A stretch of DNA of 58,576 bases from Nanobdellota archaeon (GTDB lineage: Archaea > Nanobdellota > Nanobdellia > Pacearchaeales > GW2011-AR1). The notes under the pieces were generated by a model. The model ran no database searches. It was not told where the DNA came from and saw only the letters and a list, made by a program, of their open reading frames with translations. Both the position numbers and the translations under genes were made by a program. Below are positions 50,925-58,576 of this stretch, in pieces (position 1 is the stretch's first letter; every line of letters starts with the position of its first letter). Location: NCBI GenBank assembly GCA_030647965.1, contig JAUSIT010000038.1, forward strand, positions 1 to 58,576. The letters are read 5' to 3'.

Positions 50925-51707
50925 ATGCAAATTGTTAAAATCCCAAGAATAAATGCGCTTGGAAAAAAAGGAAGTGAAAAAGCACCTAATTTAATTTTAG
51001 ATGAATTAAAGAAAAACTACAAAAATTTTTCTATGCTTGATTTTGAAGAAATACATGTTGATAATTCAAATATACAAGAATCTGAAAAGTTAATTTATCA
51101 AAATTGTCTTGAAGAGTTTGAAAGGCAGGATAAAATGGTATTTATTGGAGGAGACCATTCTATAACCTATCCTATTATGAAAGCATTTGATGAAAGTTTT
51201 CAAAATTCATTTTTAATTGTTTTTGATGCACATGCTGATTGTATGAAACCTATGATGGAACCAAGTCATGAAGAATGGCTTAGAGCAATTGTTGAAGAAG
51301 GATTTAATCCTAAAAATATTATTATAGTTGGATTAAGAAAAATAGAAGATGTTGAAAAAGAATTTTTAGATAAAAAAGGAATAAAATATTTTTCTGATTT
51401 TAATGATATTGAAATATTTGCAGATGTAATAACTGAAAAAGCAAATGGAAAAAATTTGTATGTTTCAATAGATATTGATGTTGTTGATCCTGCTTTTGCT
51501 CCTGGTGTTAATTATCCTGAATCAATTGGTTTAACTGCCAAAGAATTTTTTTATCTGTTAAAGAGGATTTTTCATATTTCTAGTTTAAAGGCATTTGATA
51601 TTGTTGAAGTTGTTCCTGAAATTGATGAAAAATATGATTTTAGAACAGTAAAGCTGGCAAGCAAGGTTATACAGACATATCTTGAGATAAAAGATGGTAA
51701 AAAATAG
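50925..51707 (+). CDS. Ureohydrolase (agmatinase/arginase family)
   Basis: GGDHSITYP, DAHAD and SIDIDVVDPAFAPG manganese-binding motifs. Confidence 0.8.
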   Translation: MQIVKIPRINALGKKGSEKAPNLILDELKKNYKNFSMLDFEEIHVDNSNIQESEKLIYQNCLEEFERQDKMVFIGGDHSITYPIMKAFDESFQNSFLIVFDAHADCMKPMMEPSHEEWLRAIVEEGFNPKNIIIVGLRKIEDVEKEFLDKKGIKYFSDFNDIEIFADVITEKANGKNLYVSIDIDVVDPAFAPGVNYPESIGLTAKEFFYLLKRIFHISSLKAFDIVEVVPEIDEKYDFRTVKLASKVIQTYLEIKDGKK

Positions 51708-51777
51708 ATTTACTTGATTAAAAGTGAATTTAATTGAGAAGAGCTAAATATAATATTTTGAAAGAGTTTGATTTAGG

Positions 51778-52848
51778 TTAATTAAATGAAATTATTTTCT
51801 CATAAGCCTTATTGAGATAAACTGCATTTTGAAATTCAATGGATGCTTCTTTTTTCATTCCAATTGAATCATATGTAAGGCCTAGATTAAAATGAAAATC
51901 TGCATTTTGGGGATTTAGCTTAATTGCTTTTTGAAAATAATTAATTGCTTTTTCTGTTTCTCCTAACTGGCCATATAAAATGCCCAAATGGTCATAGGTC
52001 ATTGGATGCTCTTCTAGGGATTCTGCTTTATGCAATGATTGTTTTGCATCTTGTAATTTATTTTGTTTTATTTGTATCATCCCTAATTCAAGCCAGGATA
52101 AAGCAAATAATGAATTTTTTTCAATTGATTTATTTAGAAATTCTAGTGATTCATCTAATTCATTGATTGCATGTAATTGAGAGGCAATTTGATAATCCTG
52201 GAAAAAATCATCTCTTAAGTTCTTTTTTTCAATTTCAATGTAAAATTTTGTTCTTTCAGGACTTCTGTTTAAAAGACCATAGTGATGAAAAGGAATATTT
52301 GTTTCTTTTATTTTTCCTAAATTTAATATAGATTTTTCAACACTGTCATGAATTACTCCTTCAAATTTTATTTCTGGAATATTTTTAAAAAATCTAATCA
52401 TTCTTCTTGGAACATAACCATTTGCAATCTTGCTTTCTTCATAAGAATCATTTTTGCATGAAATCCAGTTAAAGGATCCTATTTTATTGTCATAGTTTCT
52501 TTGAATAAGTGCAAATCCAAGATAATCTGTTTGTTTTGTTAATTCTAGTATTTTTGGAAAATCTTGCTTTGAAAGAGTTTCATCTGCATCTAGTGCTAAA
52601 ATCCATTCTTTTGTTGCTTTACTTATTGCAAAATTTTTTGCAGCACTGAAATTGTTTATCCATTCTTCAGTATTTTCAGGAATATAATCAAAAATTTTGT
52701 CAGTATATTTTAGTGCGATTTCTTTTGTTTTATCTGTTGAACCTGTATCTACTATAATTATTTCATCAACTAGTTCTTTTACACTATTAAGACATCTTTC
52801 TAGTGTGCTTTCATTATTTTTTACAATTATGCATAAACTGATTGTCAT
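51778..52848 (-). CDS. Family 2 glycosyltransferase fused to TPR repeats
   Basis: SLCIIVKNNESTLERCL..IIIVDTGSTDKT..LDADE (GT-A fold). The C-terminal half carries TPR-like repeats. Confidence 0.8.
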   Translation of the reverse strand: MTISLCIIVKNNESTLERCLNSVKELVDEIIIVDTGSTDKTKEIALKYTDKIFDYIPENTEEWINNFSAAKNFAISKATKEWILALDADETLSKQDFPKILELTKQTDYLGFALIQRNYDNKIGSFNWISCKNDSYEESKIANGYVPRRMIRFFKNIPEIKFEGVIHDSVEKSILNLGKIKETNIPFHHYGLLNRSPERTKFYIEIEKKNLRDDFFQDYQIASQLHAINELDESLEFLNKSIEKNSLFALSWLELGMIQIKQNKLQDAKQSLHKAESLEEHPMTYDHLGILYGQLGETEKAINYFQKAIKLNPQNADFHFNLGLTYDSIGMKKEASIEFQNAVYLNKAYEKIISFN

Positions 52849-52951
52849 TTTATCCTGAGAAAAAATATAATATAAAAGGAAAATCTGGCTTTATATGTTT
52901 ATTGTTTTTTAATTTATTATATTCTATACTCTATTTGTTTTTAAATCAATT

Positions 52952-53383
52952 TTGGAATATAATATTTTAATGAATGAAGACATTAAAGAAATTGATGAAA
53001 AGGGGTTTGATTATTTAGTAGATGATATTTTTAAAGGTCTTGGCTTAGTAAAAAAGCATGAGCGTTTTGTTGATGGAATAAATATAATTTTAAAAAATGG
53101 AAATCCTGAATTAGGGAGATATGTAATGGATAAATTAAATTTAAGAATGAAAAGTGAAATGCTTTTTGATTCGTTTGATATCTCTCTTTCTGACAAGATT
53201 TTAAAAGAACAGGACAAAACAAATTTTTATACAATTGATTTAGATTATTTTTTTATGAAATATTTAAGTGACGAGCCTATTAAAAATTATTATGTCCGAA
53301 ATTTGGTTAAAACCGCACCCTTTAGGGTGCTGAATTTCGGAGCATGTCAAGATTTTACAATCTTGAGCACCATCAAGAATTAA
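52952..53383 (+). CDS. Hypothetical protein (TTG start in the track; C-terminus runs into repeats)
   Basis: The last roughly 30 codons (..YVRNLVKTAPFRVLNFGACQDFTILSTIKN) are encoded by the HP-A triple hairpin from 53292 onward. Confidence 0.3.
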   Translation: MEYNILMNEDIKEIDEKGFDYLVDDIFKGLGLVKKHERFVDGINIILKNGNPELGRYVMDKLNLRMKSEMLFDSFDISLSDKILKEQDKTNFYTIDLDYFFMKYLSDEPIKNYYVRNLVKTAPFRVLNFGACQDFTILSTIKN

Positions 53384-53456
53384 TAATTCTTGAGGTCCGA
53401 AAAACAAGTGCCAATCAAACCCACACTTTTAAGGGTGGGTGGCACATTGTTTTTTT
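53292..53456 (+). repeat. HP-A composite: three consecutive foot hairpins, second hairpin, T7 run
   Basis: ATGTCCGAAATT..AATTTCGGAGCAT, then GTCAAGATTTTACAATCTTGAGCAC, then ATCAAGAATTAATAATTCTTGAGGTCC, then GAAAAACAAGTGCCAATCAAACCCACACTTTTAAGGGTGGGTGGCACATTGTTTTTTT. Confidence 0.7.
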
Positions 53457-53534
53457 GATAATAGACATTAAATTGATTATATACTTTTAAGTACATATAG
53501 GTTTATAAAATAAAAGAGTTTATTTTGATAGAAG

Positions 53535-55289
53535 ATGGTGGATACAATATATCTTAAGGCTGATGAATTAAAATTGTTTAAATTTCTTAAGTCTCGTTCT
53601 TCTGATAGTTCTTTATGGCCTAGTTTAGAAGAAATACAAAAAAATCTTGAATTATCAAAACCTAATGCAAGAAAATTAGTAAAATCATTAAGGGAAAAAG
53701 AGGGTATTGAAATTTGTTCTAGTGTTGGAGGTTTTGGAAAAAATAAAAAAGTAAGTTATGGACTTTCTCCTGAAGATTTAGATATTTTAGTTACAATAGA
53801 TAATGCTCAGCAAAATAATGAAAAACAAAAGCCTAATGAGGTTTATTCTGCATTATATTTAGCAGAACCTGCTTTTGGAACAAAAGCTTTTGATGATAAA
53901 TATACTATGAAAGGGCTTGCTTTATTTTTAGAAACAAATAAGTTTTCTCCTGATTTACAAGAAGTTATTATTCAGGGAGGGGTTATTCCCCATATACCCC
54001 CTTATTATTCAAAAGGTTATGCAAATGACTTGAAGTTTTTAGGCAAAATAAAAAGAAATGGAGAAAGAACTTCACTATCTGAAACTTTACTTGAAGATAG
54101 AATTGAAAATGAATTTGAAAGAAATTTTTATGTAAAACATATAAATGATCCTGAAAGAAAAAAAATAACTAATTTAACAGATGCTTTTTCAGCTGCAGAA
54201 GAGCAGATTTCTATACTAATGAATACCCTGCCTGAAGATAGTGTTTTAAGAATCCAGTTTGGAGAAGAAGATAGAAAAAACATAGAACATTTGGAAGTTG
54301 CTCAAATTAAAAATTGGGCAAAAGAAAAAGCAGAGCAAATAGAAGGTATGTCTAAAGAATTAAAAGAAGAAGTTGAGGAGTTATATAATAATTCTTTTTC
54401 TACAATTGTTCAAAAGCATTATTTAGCTAGTTATTTACAAAATCCTAAATTAGTTAAAAAATCTAATGAAAAAAGAGCTGATTATTATAAAAGAGCTGGT
54501 GAATTTTTTAAAGAAGATAAATTAATGAGCGAAATATCTAATTTTTGGAAAGATTTTGGTAAATTTGTTTCTAATGATAAAGAAGAACAGGAAGGACTGA
54601 TTGAAGAAGATTCTAATGATTTATTAAAAGATGCAGTTGAAGATGCTGTAAAATATGTTTTTTGGGCAGGAAAAAATCCTGAAAAAATAAAGCAAAAATT
54701 TGAAAAAGTAAATAATGATTTTAGTAATCTTGAAATTGAAAAAAGAAATTTAAAATCAAAATTAGATGATTTGTCAAATTCTTTTACTTGGACAGATAGT
54801 TTATTGAATTCGGGTAGTGTTGATGTAACTTGGTTTACTAAGCAATATCCTGTTTTTGCAGATGAACTTGAATTTGGATTTAAAAAAGTAAAAGATAAGT
54901 ATTCTGGTCATTTTTTTAAATGGAAGATTGGGCAGCCAGTAGTTGTTCATGTTTCTCCTAGAAAAAATGTAAAAATTGATACAGGAATTATTGAAAATCT
55001 TTCAAATGGAGAAAAATCAATAGCAGAAATTGATTATGAAATTGTTTCAAATGGAAAAAAGAATATATTGCTTGTTCATAATTTAAATCATATTTTTTCA
55101 GATAATGTTTCTCCAAGCACTATTAAAGATGCAAAACTAGAAATGAATTATGAAAATATTGTTTTAAATAAATTATTTGAAGAAGAGTTTAAGGGAAAGA
55201 CCCCTGATATTGTTTTATTGGGCGGGCATCATTCAGGCGGTTTTAGGGTTATGCCTTGGTTTAAAAAATCAGAACAATTAATTGAATGA
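53535..55289 (+). CDS. wHTH plus coiled-coil protein with degenerate metallophosphoesterase-like motifs; ends at a TGA in frame with the next ORF
   Basis: N-terminal LFKFLKSRS..LEEIQKNLELSKPNARKLVKSLREKEG (wHTH-like). LYLAEPAFG, IIQGGV and VLLGGHHSGG align in order with the MPE motifs of 55320-56522 but lack the catalytic D/H/N residues. Confidence 0.55.
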   Translation: MVDTIYLKADELKLFKFLKSRSSDSSLWPSLEEIQKNLELSKPNARKLVKSLREKEGIEICSSVGGFGKNKKVSYGLSPEDLDILVTIDNAQQNNEKQKPNEVYSALYLAEPAFGTKAFDDKYTMKGLALFLETNKFSPDLQEVIIQGGVIPHIPPYYSKGYANDLKFLGKIKRNGERTSLSETLLEDRIENEFERNFYVKHINDPERKKITNLTDAFSAAEEQISILMNTLPEDSVLRIQFGEEDRKNIEHLEVAQIKNWAKEKAEQIEGMSKELKEEVEELYNNSFSTIVQKHYLASYLQNPKLVKKSNEKRADYYKRAGEFFKEDKLMSEISNFWKDFGKFVSNDKEEQEGLIEEDSNDLLKDAVEDAVKYVFWAGKNPEKIKQKFEKVNNDFSNLEIEKRNLKSKLDDLSNSFTWTDSLLNSGSVDVTWFTKQYPVFADELEFGFKKVKDKYSGHFFKWKIGQPVVVHVSPRKNVKIDTGIIENLSNGEKSIAEIDYEIVSNGKKNILLVHNLNHIFSDNVSPSTIKDAKLEMNYENIVLNKLFEEEFKGKTPDIVLLGGHHSGGFRVMPWFKKSEQLIE

Positions 55290-55319
55290 GAGTTTGTAAA
55301 AAATCAGGATATTTCTTAT

Positions 55320-56522
55320 TTGATTAATTTGCCTACTTTGCAAGATATAAGAAAATTAGAATGGCTTGTTGAAAAAGGATTTAGAAACTGGCATACTAAA
55401 AATTATCAAAAAGGACCTTATGCTTCTGGTGCTGTTTTACATAGTGAAACTAAAGATGGTGTAAATAGATTTACTATGATTGATACAAGTTTGTTAATGA
55501 AATTTGGGAAAATAGCAGAAGAAATTGAAGTTTATAGGGAACAATTAAAGCAAGATTTAAGTGAAGAAAATAGAAATAAGATTTTAGAACTAATTAAAGA
55601 AAGAAAAGAAAGTGTTAAATTAAATTTAAGTAAAATTGAAGCTGCAGGTGATTTTCATTTAGGTGCTCCTGATAACTTAGATAGATATTCAAAAGATCAG
55701 TTTATCAAAGCTTCACAAATTTATCAATTAGAACATGGACTTCCTAATATTGTTTCTTGGGATGAAATTGCTCATGGGACAATGGAAAGAACTTTTAATA
55801 GTGCTTCTAGATATGAAGGCTTGATTCCTGAAAAATTTAAACAAGTAGTTATTGATAAAATTTTAGCAAGTGATTTAACAGGAGAACAAAAGGCTTATGA
55901 AATTGCAAAAGAATCTATGAGAAATTTAAGAGCAATAACAATCCATAATAATTCAGAGCAAAAACATTTGTTTAAACTATTATTAAAGCCATATGCTGAT
56001 AAAATTTTAGAAAACAATGGGAAATTGATTTTAACTAGTGGAAATCATTTTAATAAATCAAATCCAACTTCTGACGAAGCTTTGGAATTTGCAAATCAGT
56101 TTTCAGAAGAGTATATTGATAATGGGCAAATAGCTGTTTTTTCTGGAAAAGGCAATGATGTTGGTGTTGGTGCTTTAAGACTTGATAATAATCAGAAAAT
56201 CTTTGTTATGCATAAATTTCCTGAAAGAAATGATGAAATCTATGGTATAATGACTCATTTAAGAAAAATGAATAATGATGCAGATATTGTAATTGCAGGA
56301 GATAGGCATCATCCTGGTGCTGGTTATGCTGATGGGCATTTTATTGCATTACATCCTGGTTATGAACCAATTAATAAATTTGTTCCTTTAATTGGAAAGC
56401 CTGCAGGAGTAAGGGGTTTTAATAATGTATTTTATGATTCTGATAAAAAAGGGGTTTATGCTGTTGAATTTGTATTAAATCCTACTTTAGAAAAGATAAT
56501 TGAGAAAGAAAAGATTATTTGA
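55320..56522 (+). CDS. Metallophosphoesterase (calcineurin-like), same frame as 53535-55289
   Basis: AAGDFHLGAP, WDEIAHG, SGNHF, VMHKF and AGDRHHPG. The track start is TTG. The frame is continuous with the upstream ORF apart from TGA 55287-55289. Confidence 0.6.
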   Translation: MINLPTLQDIRKLEWLVEKGFRNWHTKNYQKGPYASGAVLHSETKDGVNRFTMIDTSLLMKFGKIAEEIEVYREQLKQDLSEENRNKILELIKERKESVKLNLSKIEAAGDFHLGAPDNLDRYSKDQFIKASQIYQLEHGLPNIVSWDEIAHGTMERTFNSASRYEGLIPEKFKQVVIDKILASDLTGEQKAYEIAKESMRNLRAITIHNNSEQKHLFKLLLKPYADKILENNGKLILTSGNHFNKSNPTSDEALEFANQFSEEYIDNGQIAVFSGKGNDVGVGALRLDNNQKIFVMHKFPERNDEIYGIMTHLRKMNNDADIVIAGDRHHPGAGYADGHFIALHPGYEPINKFVPLIGKPAGVRGFNNVFYDSDKKGVYAVEFVLNPTLEKIIEKEKII

Positions 56523-56554
56523 GAAAATATAACTAATCTAAGTTAGTATTTCTG

Positions 56555-56665
56555 TAAAACCTTACTATTTTGGCAGTAAAAAAATGACCTTTCTCCTTAG
56601 GCATATTCATAAACCTTACTATTTTGGCAGTAAAAACGTTGAGTTTATGCACTATTTTGGCAGTA
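56555..56665 (+). promoter_or_regulatory. Three direct ACTATTTTGGCAGTA boxes (dyad TACT-N8-AGTA)
   Basis: TAAAACCTTACTATTTTGGCAGTAAAAA at 56555-56583, repeated at 56610-56636, with a shorter CACTATTTTGGCAGTA at 56650-56665. Confidence 0.45.
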
Positions 56666-56735
56666 TATATTTAGAGTACAATTGAAAATATTTGTCTACA
56701 AAATAGGATATGTCTACATTTTTGTCTACAAATGA

Positions 56736-57692
56736 CTATTTTATCTTTTTTTTGGTTTCTTTATATTCTTTTAGAATAAATTCAATTGTTGGACGGAGAT
56801 TATTATTTTTTTCGTATTCTTGTAGTGTTTTATAATATTCAAATCTATGATTTAATTTAATATTAACTGGGGGGAGACCTTTCTTTAGAAGAATATTATT
56901 CAATAGTATTCTTCCAACTCGACCATTACCATCTGCAAATGGGTGAATATTCTCAAACTGATTATGAACAACTGCTGCAAGAATTAGTGCAGGATATTTA
57001 TCTTTATGATTTTCATACCACTTTATCAATTCATTTAATAAAGAGATGACTCTAGATTGAGGTGCACCTTCGTGAACTATTCCTTCTTGACCCATTACTA
57101 CTACTTCTTCTCCAAACTTTCTAAATTCTCCTGCAAAATTTTTAGAATTTTTAAAAACAATTTTATGAATCTCTTTGATTAAATTTAGAGAAATATGTTC
57201 TTTTGTCTGTCGTATATAACTTATTGCTTCACTTACTCCATAAGTTTCAGCAACATCTTCTTTGCTTTTATCTTTAGGCCAGTTTCCCCTTTCCAAAATT
57301 TCTTTTACTTCAATATTTGTTAATCTACTTCCTTCAATTGCATTAGTGTTATATGTAAACAATTCTGAAAAAATAGCCCATTTATCTTCTGAAAGATGAA
57401 TTATTTTGAGATTTGCTTCTTTTTCAAGATGCATTACAAATTTGATTTCTTCTGTTGATAATTCTGTTTCAATAGGATCTTTTAGTACTTTATATTTCTC
57501 AATTTCTTCTAAAATCAATTTTTCAGCTTTATTTTTTCTTTCTTCTAGCACTTCTTTTGTTAAATCTGTTCCAAGTAGTTTTCTTATTTTGTGCACTTTT
57601 CCATCTTCTCTAAAAGAATGAGCTAGATAATATTTTATCTTTCCACGAACATTTCTTTTCTCAAGATACATAACATTATAGTGGGTGACCAC
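56736..57692 (-). CDS. Fic family protein (long form)
   Basis: Fic motif HPFADGNGRVGR. The track start is GTG 57692; ATG at 57671 (MYLEKRN) is an alternative. Confidence 0.8.
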   Translation of the reverse strand: MVTHYNVMYLEKRNVRGKIKYYLAHSFREDGKVHKIRKLLGTDLTKEVLEERKNKAEKLILEEIEKYKVLKDPIETELSTEEIKFVMHLEKEANLKIIHLSEDKWAIFSELFTYNTNAIEGSRLTNIEVKEILERGNWPKDKSKEDVAETYGVSEAISYIRQTKEHISLNLIKEIHKIVFKNSKNFAGEFRKFGEEVVVMGQEGIVHEGAPQSRVISLLNELIKWYENHKDKYPALILAAVVHNQFENIHPFADGNGRVGRILLNNILLKKGLPPVNIKLNHRFEYYKTLQEYEKNNNLRPTIEFILKEYKETKKKIK

Positions 57693-57739
57693 ATATTTAA
57701 ACTTTTCTACATTTTTGTCTACAATCTACCCTTAAATCT

Positions 57740-57782
57740 AAATTCCCTTTTTAAATGTGGGTGGCACATTGTTTTTTTGATA
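57740..57782 (+). repeat. Partial HP-A composite (3' half of the second hairpin plus T7 run)
   Basis: ..TTTTTAAATGTGGGTGGCACATTGTTTTTTTGATA. The 26-nt stretch 57757-57782 is identical to 49093-49118 and 53435-53460. Confidence 0.6.
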
Positions 57783-57976
57783 AAAAGATATGATCTTAAG
57801 TTAACTTGCGGGGCAACTAGTTTTTAGCTAGCTTTTAATTGTTTTTGCTACTGGTTTTGACAGGCATTTTTTGATTTTTTTAAGAAAAAAACATAAGCTT
57901 TATATATCATATTTTTCTAATAATTATGTAGATGTTTTATAGTTAACCCGCACTAAAATTATTTACTAAAAAAGAG

Positions 57977-58576
57977 ATGGTTCATAAGAAATATATTAAA
58001 AGAGGCAATAAGGTTTTTGGTCCGTATTTTTATGAAAATTACAGGGAAAACGGAATTACTAAAACAAGATATTTAGGCACTGCTCTAGAAAATTCTGCTG
58101 ATTCTAAACAAAAAAAATTTAGTTTTAATTTTTTTAAAAAAATCAAAAAAATCATGAATCCTCATTCTTCAAAAAGTTCGTTTGATTTTTTGGATGCTCC
58201 GAAATTAAAACCCTCTCCTAAAGGGGGCAGGATAATTTCGGACATCAGAAAAATAAAGTTGCCGCAATTTCCAGAGTTGCGGGGTAATTTTAGTTTTTTG
58301 TTATTGGCTGTTGTTGTTATGTTAGGACTTTTTTCATACTCCTTTTTTAGTGGTGGGTTAACTGGAAGAGCTATATTTGATTTCTCTTCTAGTTCAAATT
58401 TAAATTTAGAAACTCCTGCAAGTTATAATCTTGGAGATTTAGTTTATGGAAATGTTTCTTTAAAACTGAAAAATGGTGAGTTAATTCCTGCTGATAGTGT
58501 TGTTAGGTTTTCTTTAAACAAGCAACAAAAAGATGTTTTGATTTCTGATTTGATTTCTGCACAAAGTGCAAATGGT
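57977..58576 (+). CDS. Hypothetical membrane/surface protein, 3' end outside the window (not in the ORF track)
   Basis: ATG 57977, open for 200 codons to the window edge: MVHKKYIKRGNKVFGPYFYENYRENGITKTRYLG..., then a TM segment FSFLLLAVVVMLGLFSY. It contains an in-frame HP-A hairpin. Confidence 0.5.
   Translation, partial: MVHKKYIKRGNKVFGPYFYENYRENGITKTRYLGTALENSADSKQKKFSFNFFKKIKKIMNPHSSKSSFDFLDAPKLKPSPKGGRIISDIRKIKLPQFPELRGNFSFLLLAVVVMLGLFSYSFFSGGLTGRAIFDFSSSSNLNLETPASYNLGDLVYGNVSLKLKNGELIPADSVVRFSLNKQQKDVLISDLISAQSANG
58191..58245 (-). repeat. HP-A hairpin lying in frame inside a coding region
   Basis: GGATGCTCCGAAATTAAAACC..GGATAATTTCGGACATC is the reverse orientation of ATGTCCGAAATT...AATTTCGGAGCATCC. 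It is translated as ..LDAPKLKPSPKGGRIISDI... Confidence 0.6.

Noticed and set aside
55287-55289. Genome-wide reassignment of TGA as a sense codon
   Set aside because: TGA terminates well-conserved genes at their expected ends in this window: S13 at 271-273, S4 at 826-828, L13 at 3013-3015 and S9 at 3411-3413.
8113-58245. HP-A hairpins as a CRISPR array
   Set aside because: The copies are not regularly spaced and occur in both orientations many kb apart. Their internal sequences differ, no repeat-spacer periodicity exists anywhere in the window, and no cas genes are present.
8113-58245. HP-A hairpins or GCTGTTTAAACAGC sites as integron attC sites with the 12005-12853 recombinase as IntI
   Set aside because: The feet do not match the attC R-box consensus (RYYYAAC / GTTRRRY). 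The elements are not arranged one per cassette in a single orientation. The recombinase is Xer-sized at 282 aa, with no sign of the extra IntI-specific insertion.

Overview
Strongly AT-rich archaeal chromosome segment. Archaeal identity rests on the uS13-uS4-uS11-RpoD-tRNA-L18e-uL13-uS9 operon, TFS, Orc1/Cdc6 and both PolD subunits. A small-genome, DPANN-like lineage is inference only. Layout: (1) ribosomal protein/RNAP operon, 1-3413. (2) Mixed housekeeping and accessory genes, including a Tat-signal L,D-transpeptidase and a eukaryote-type His6/HisA. (3) Accessory island, about 9.6-19.3 kb: nucleotidyltransferase, radical SAM, two HNH nucleases, Xer-like tyrosine recombinase, AbrB-like mini-ORF, a four-gene paralog array, three wHTH proteins and clusters of a GCTGTTTAAACAGC palindrome. 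(4) Lhr helicase with metallophosphoesterase. (5) Candidate oriC followed by orc1/cdc6, PolD DP1, an HD hydrolase and PolD DP2 carrying a LAGLIDADG intein. (6) Metabolic, transport and surface genes. (7) A wHTH/metallophosphoesterase pair split only by one in-frame TGA, next to a Fic gene flanked by direct repeats. The most unusual content is non-coding, in three repeat families whose stems covary between copies. HP-A is at least 14 hairpins with a conserved foot and a bulged G, often joined to a second terminator-like hairpin; one copy appears to split a gene and others supply ORF termini. EL-B is six same-strand modular elements, each with one 52-nt palindromic module (H52) sitting at three different internal positions. 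RNA-C is two copies of about 160-175 nt with compensatory base-pair changes. No CRISPR array, rRNA gene or complete transposase gene was seen.
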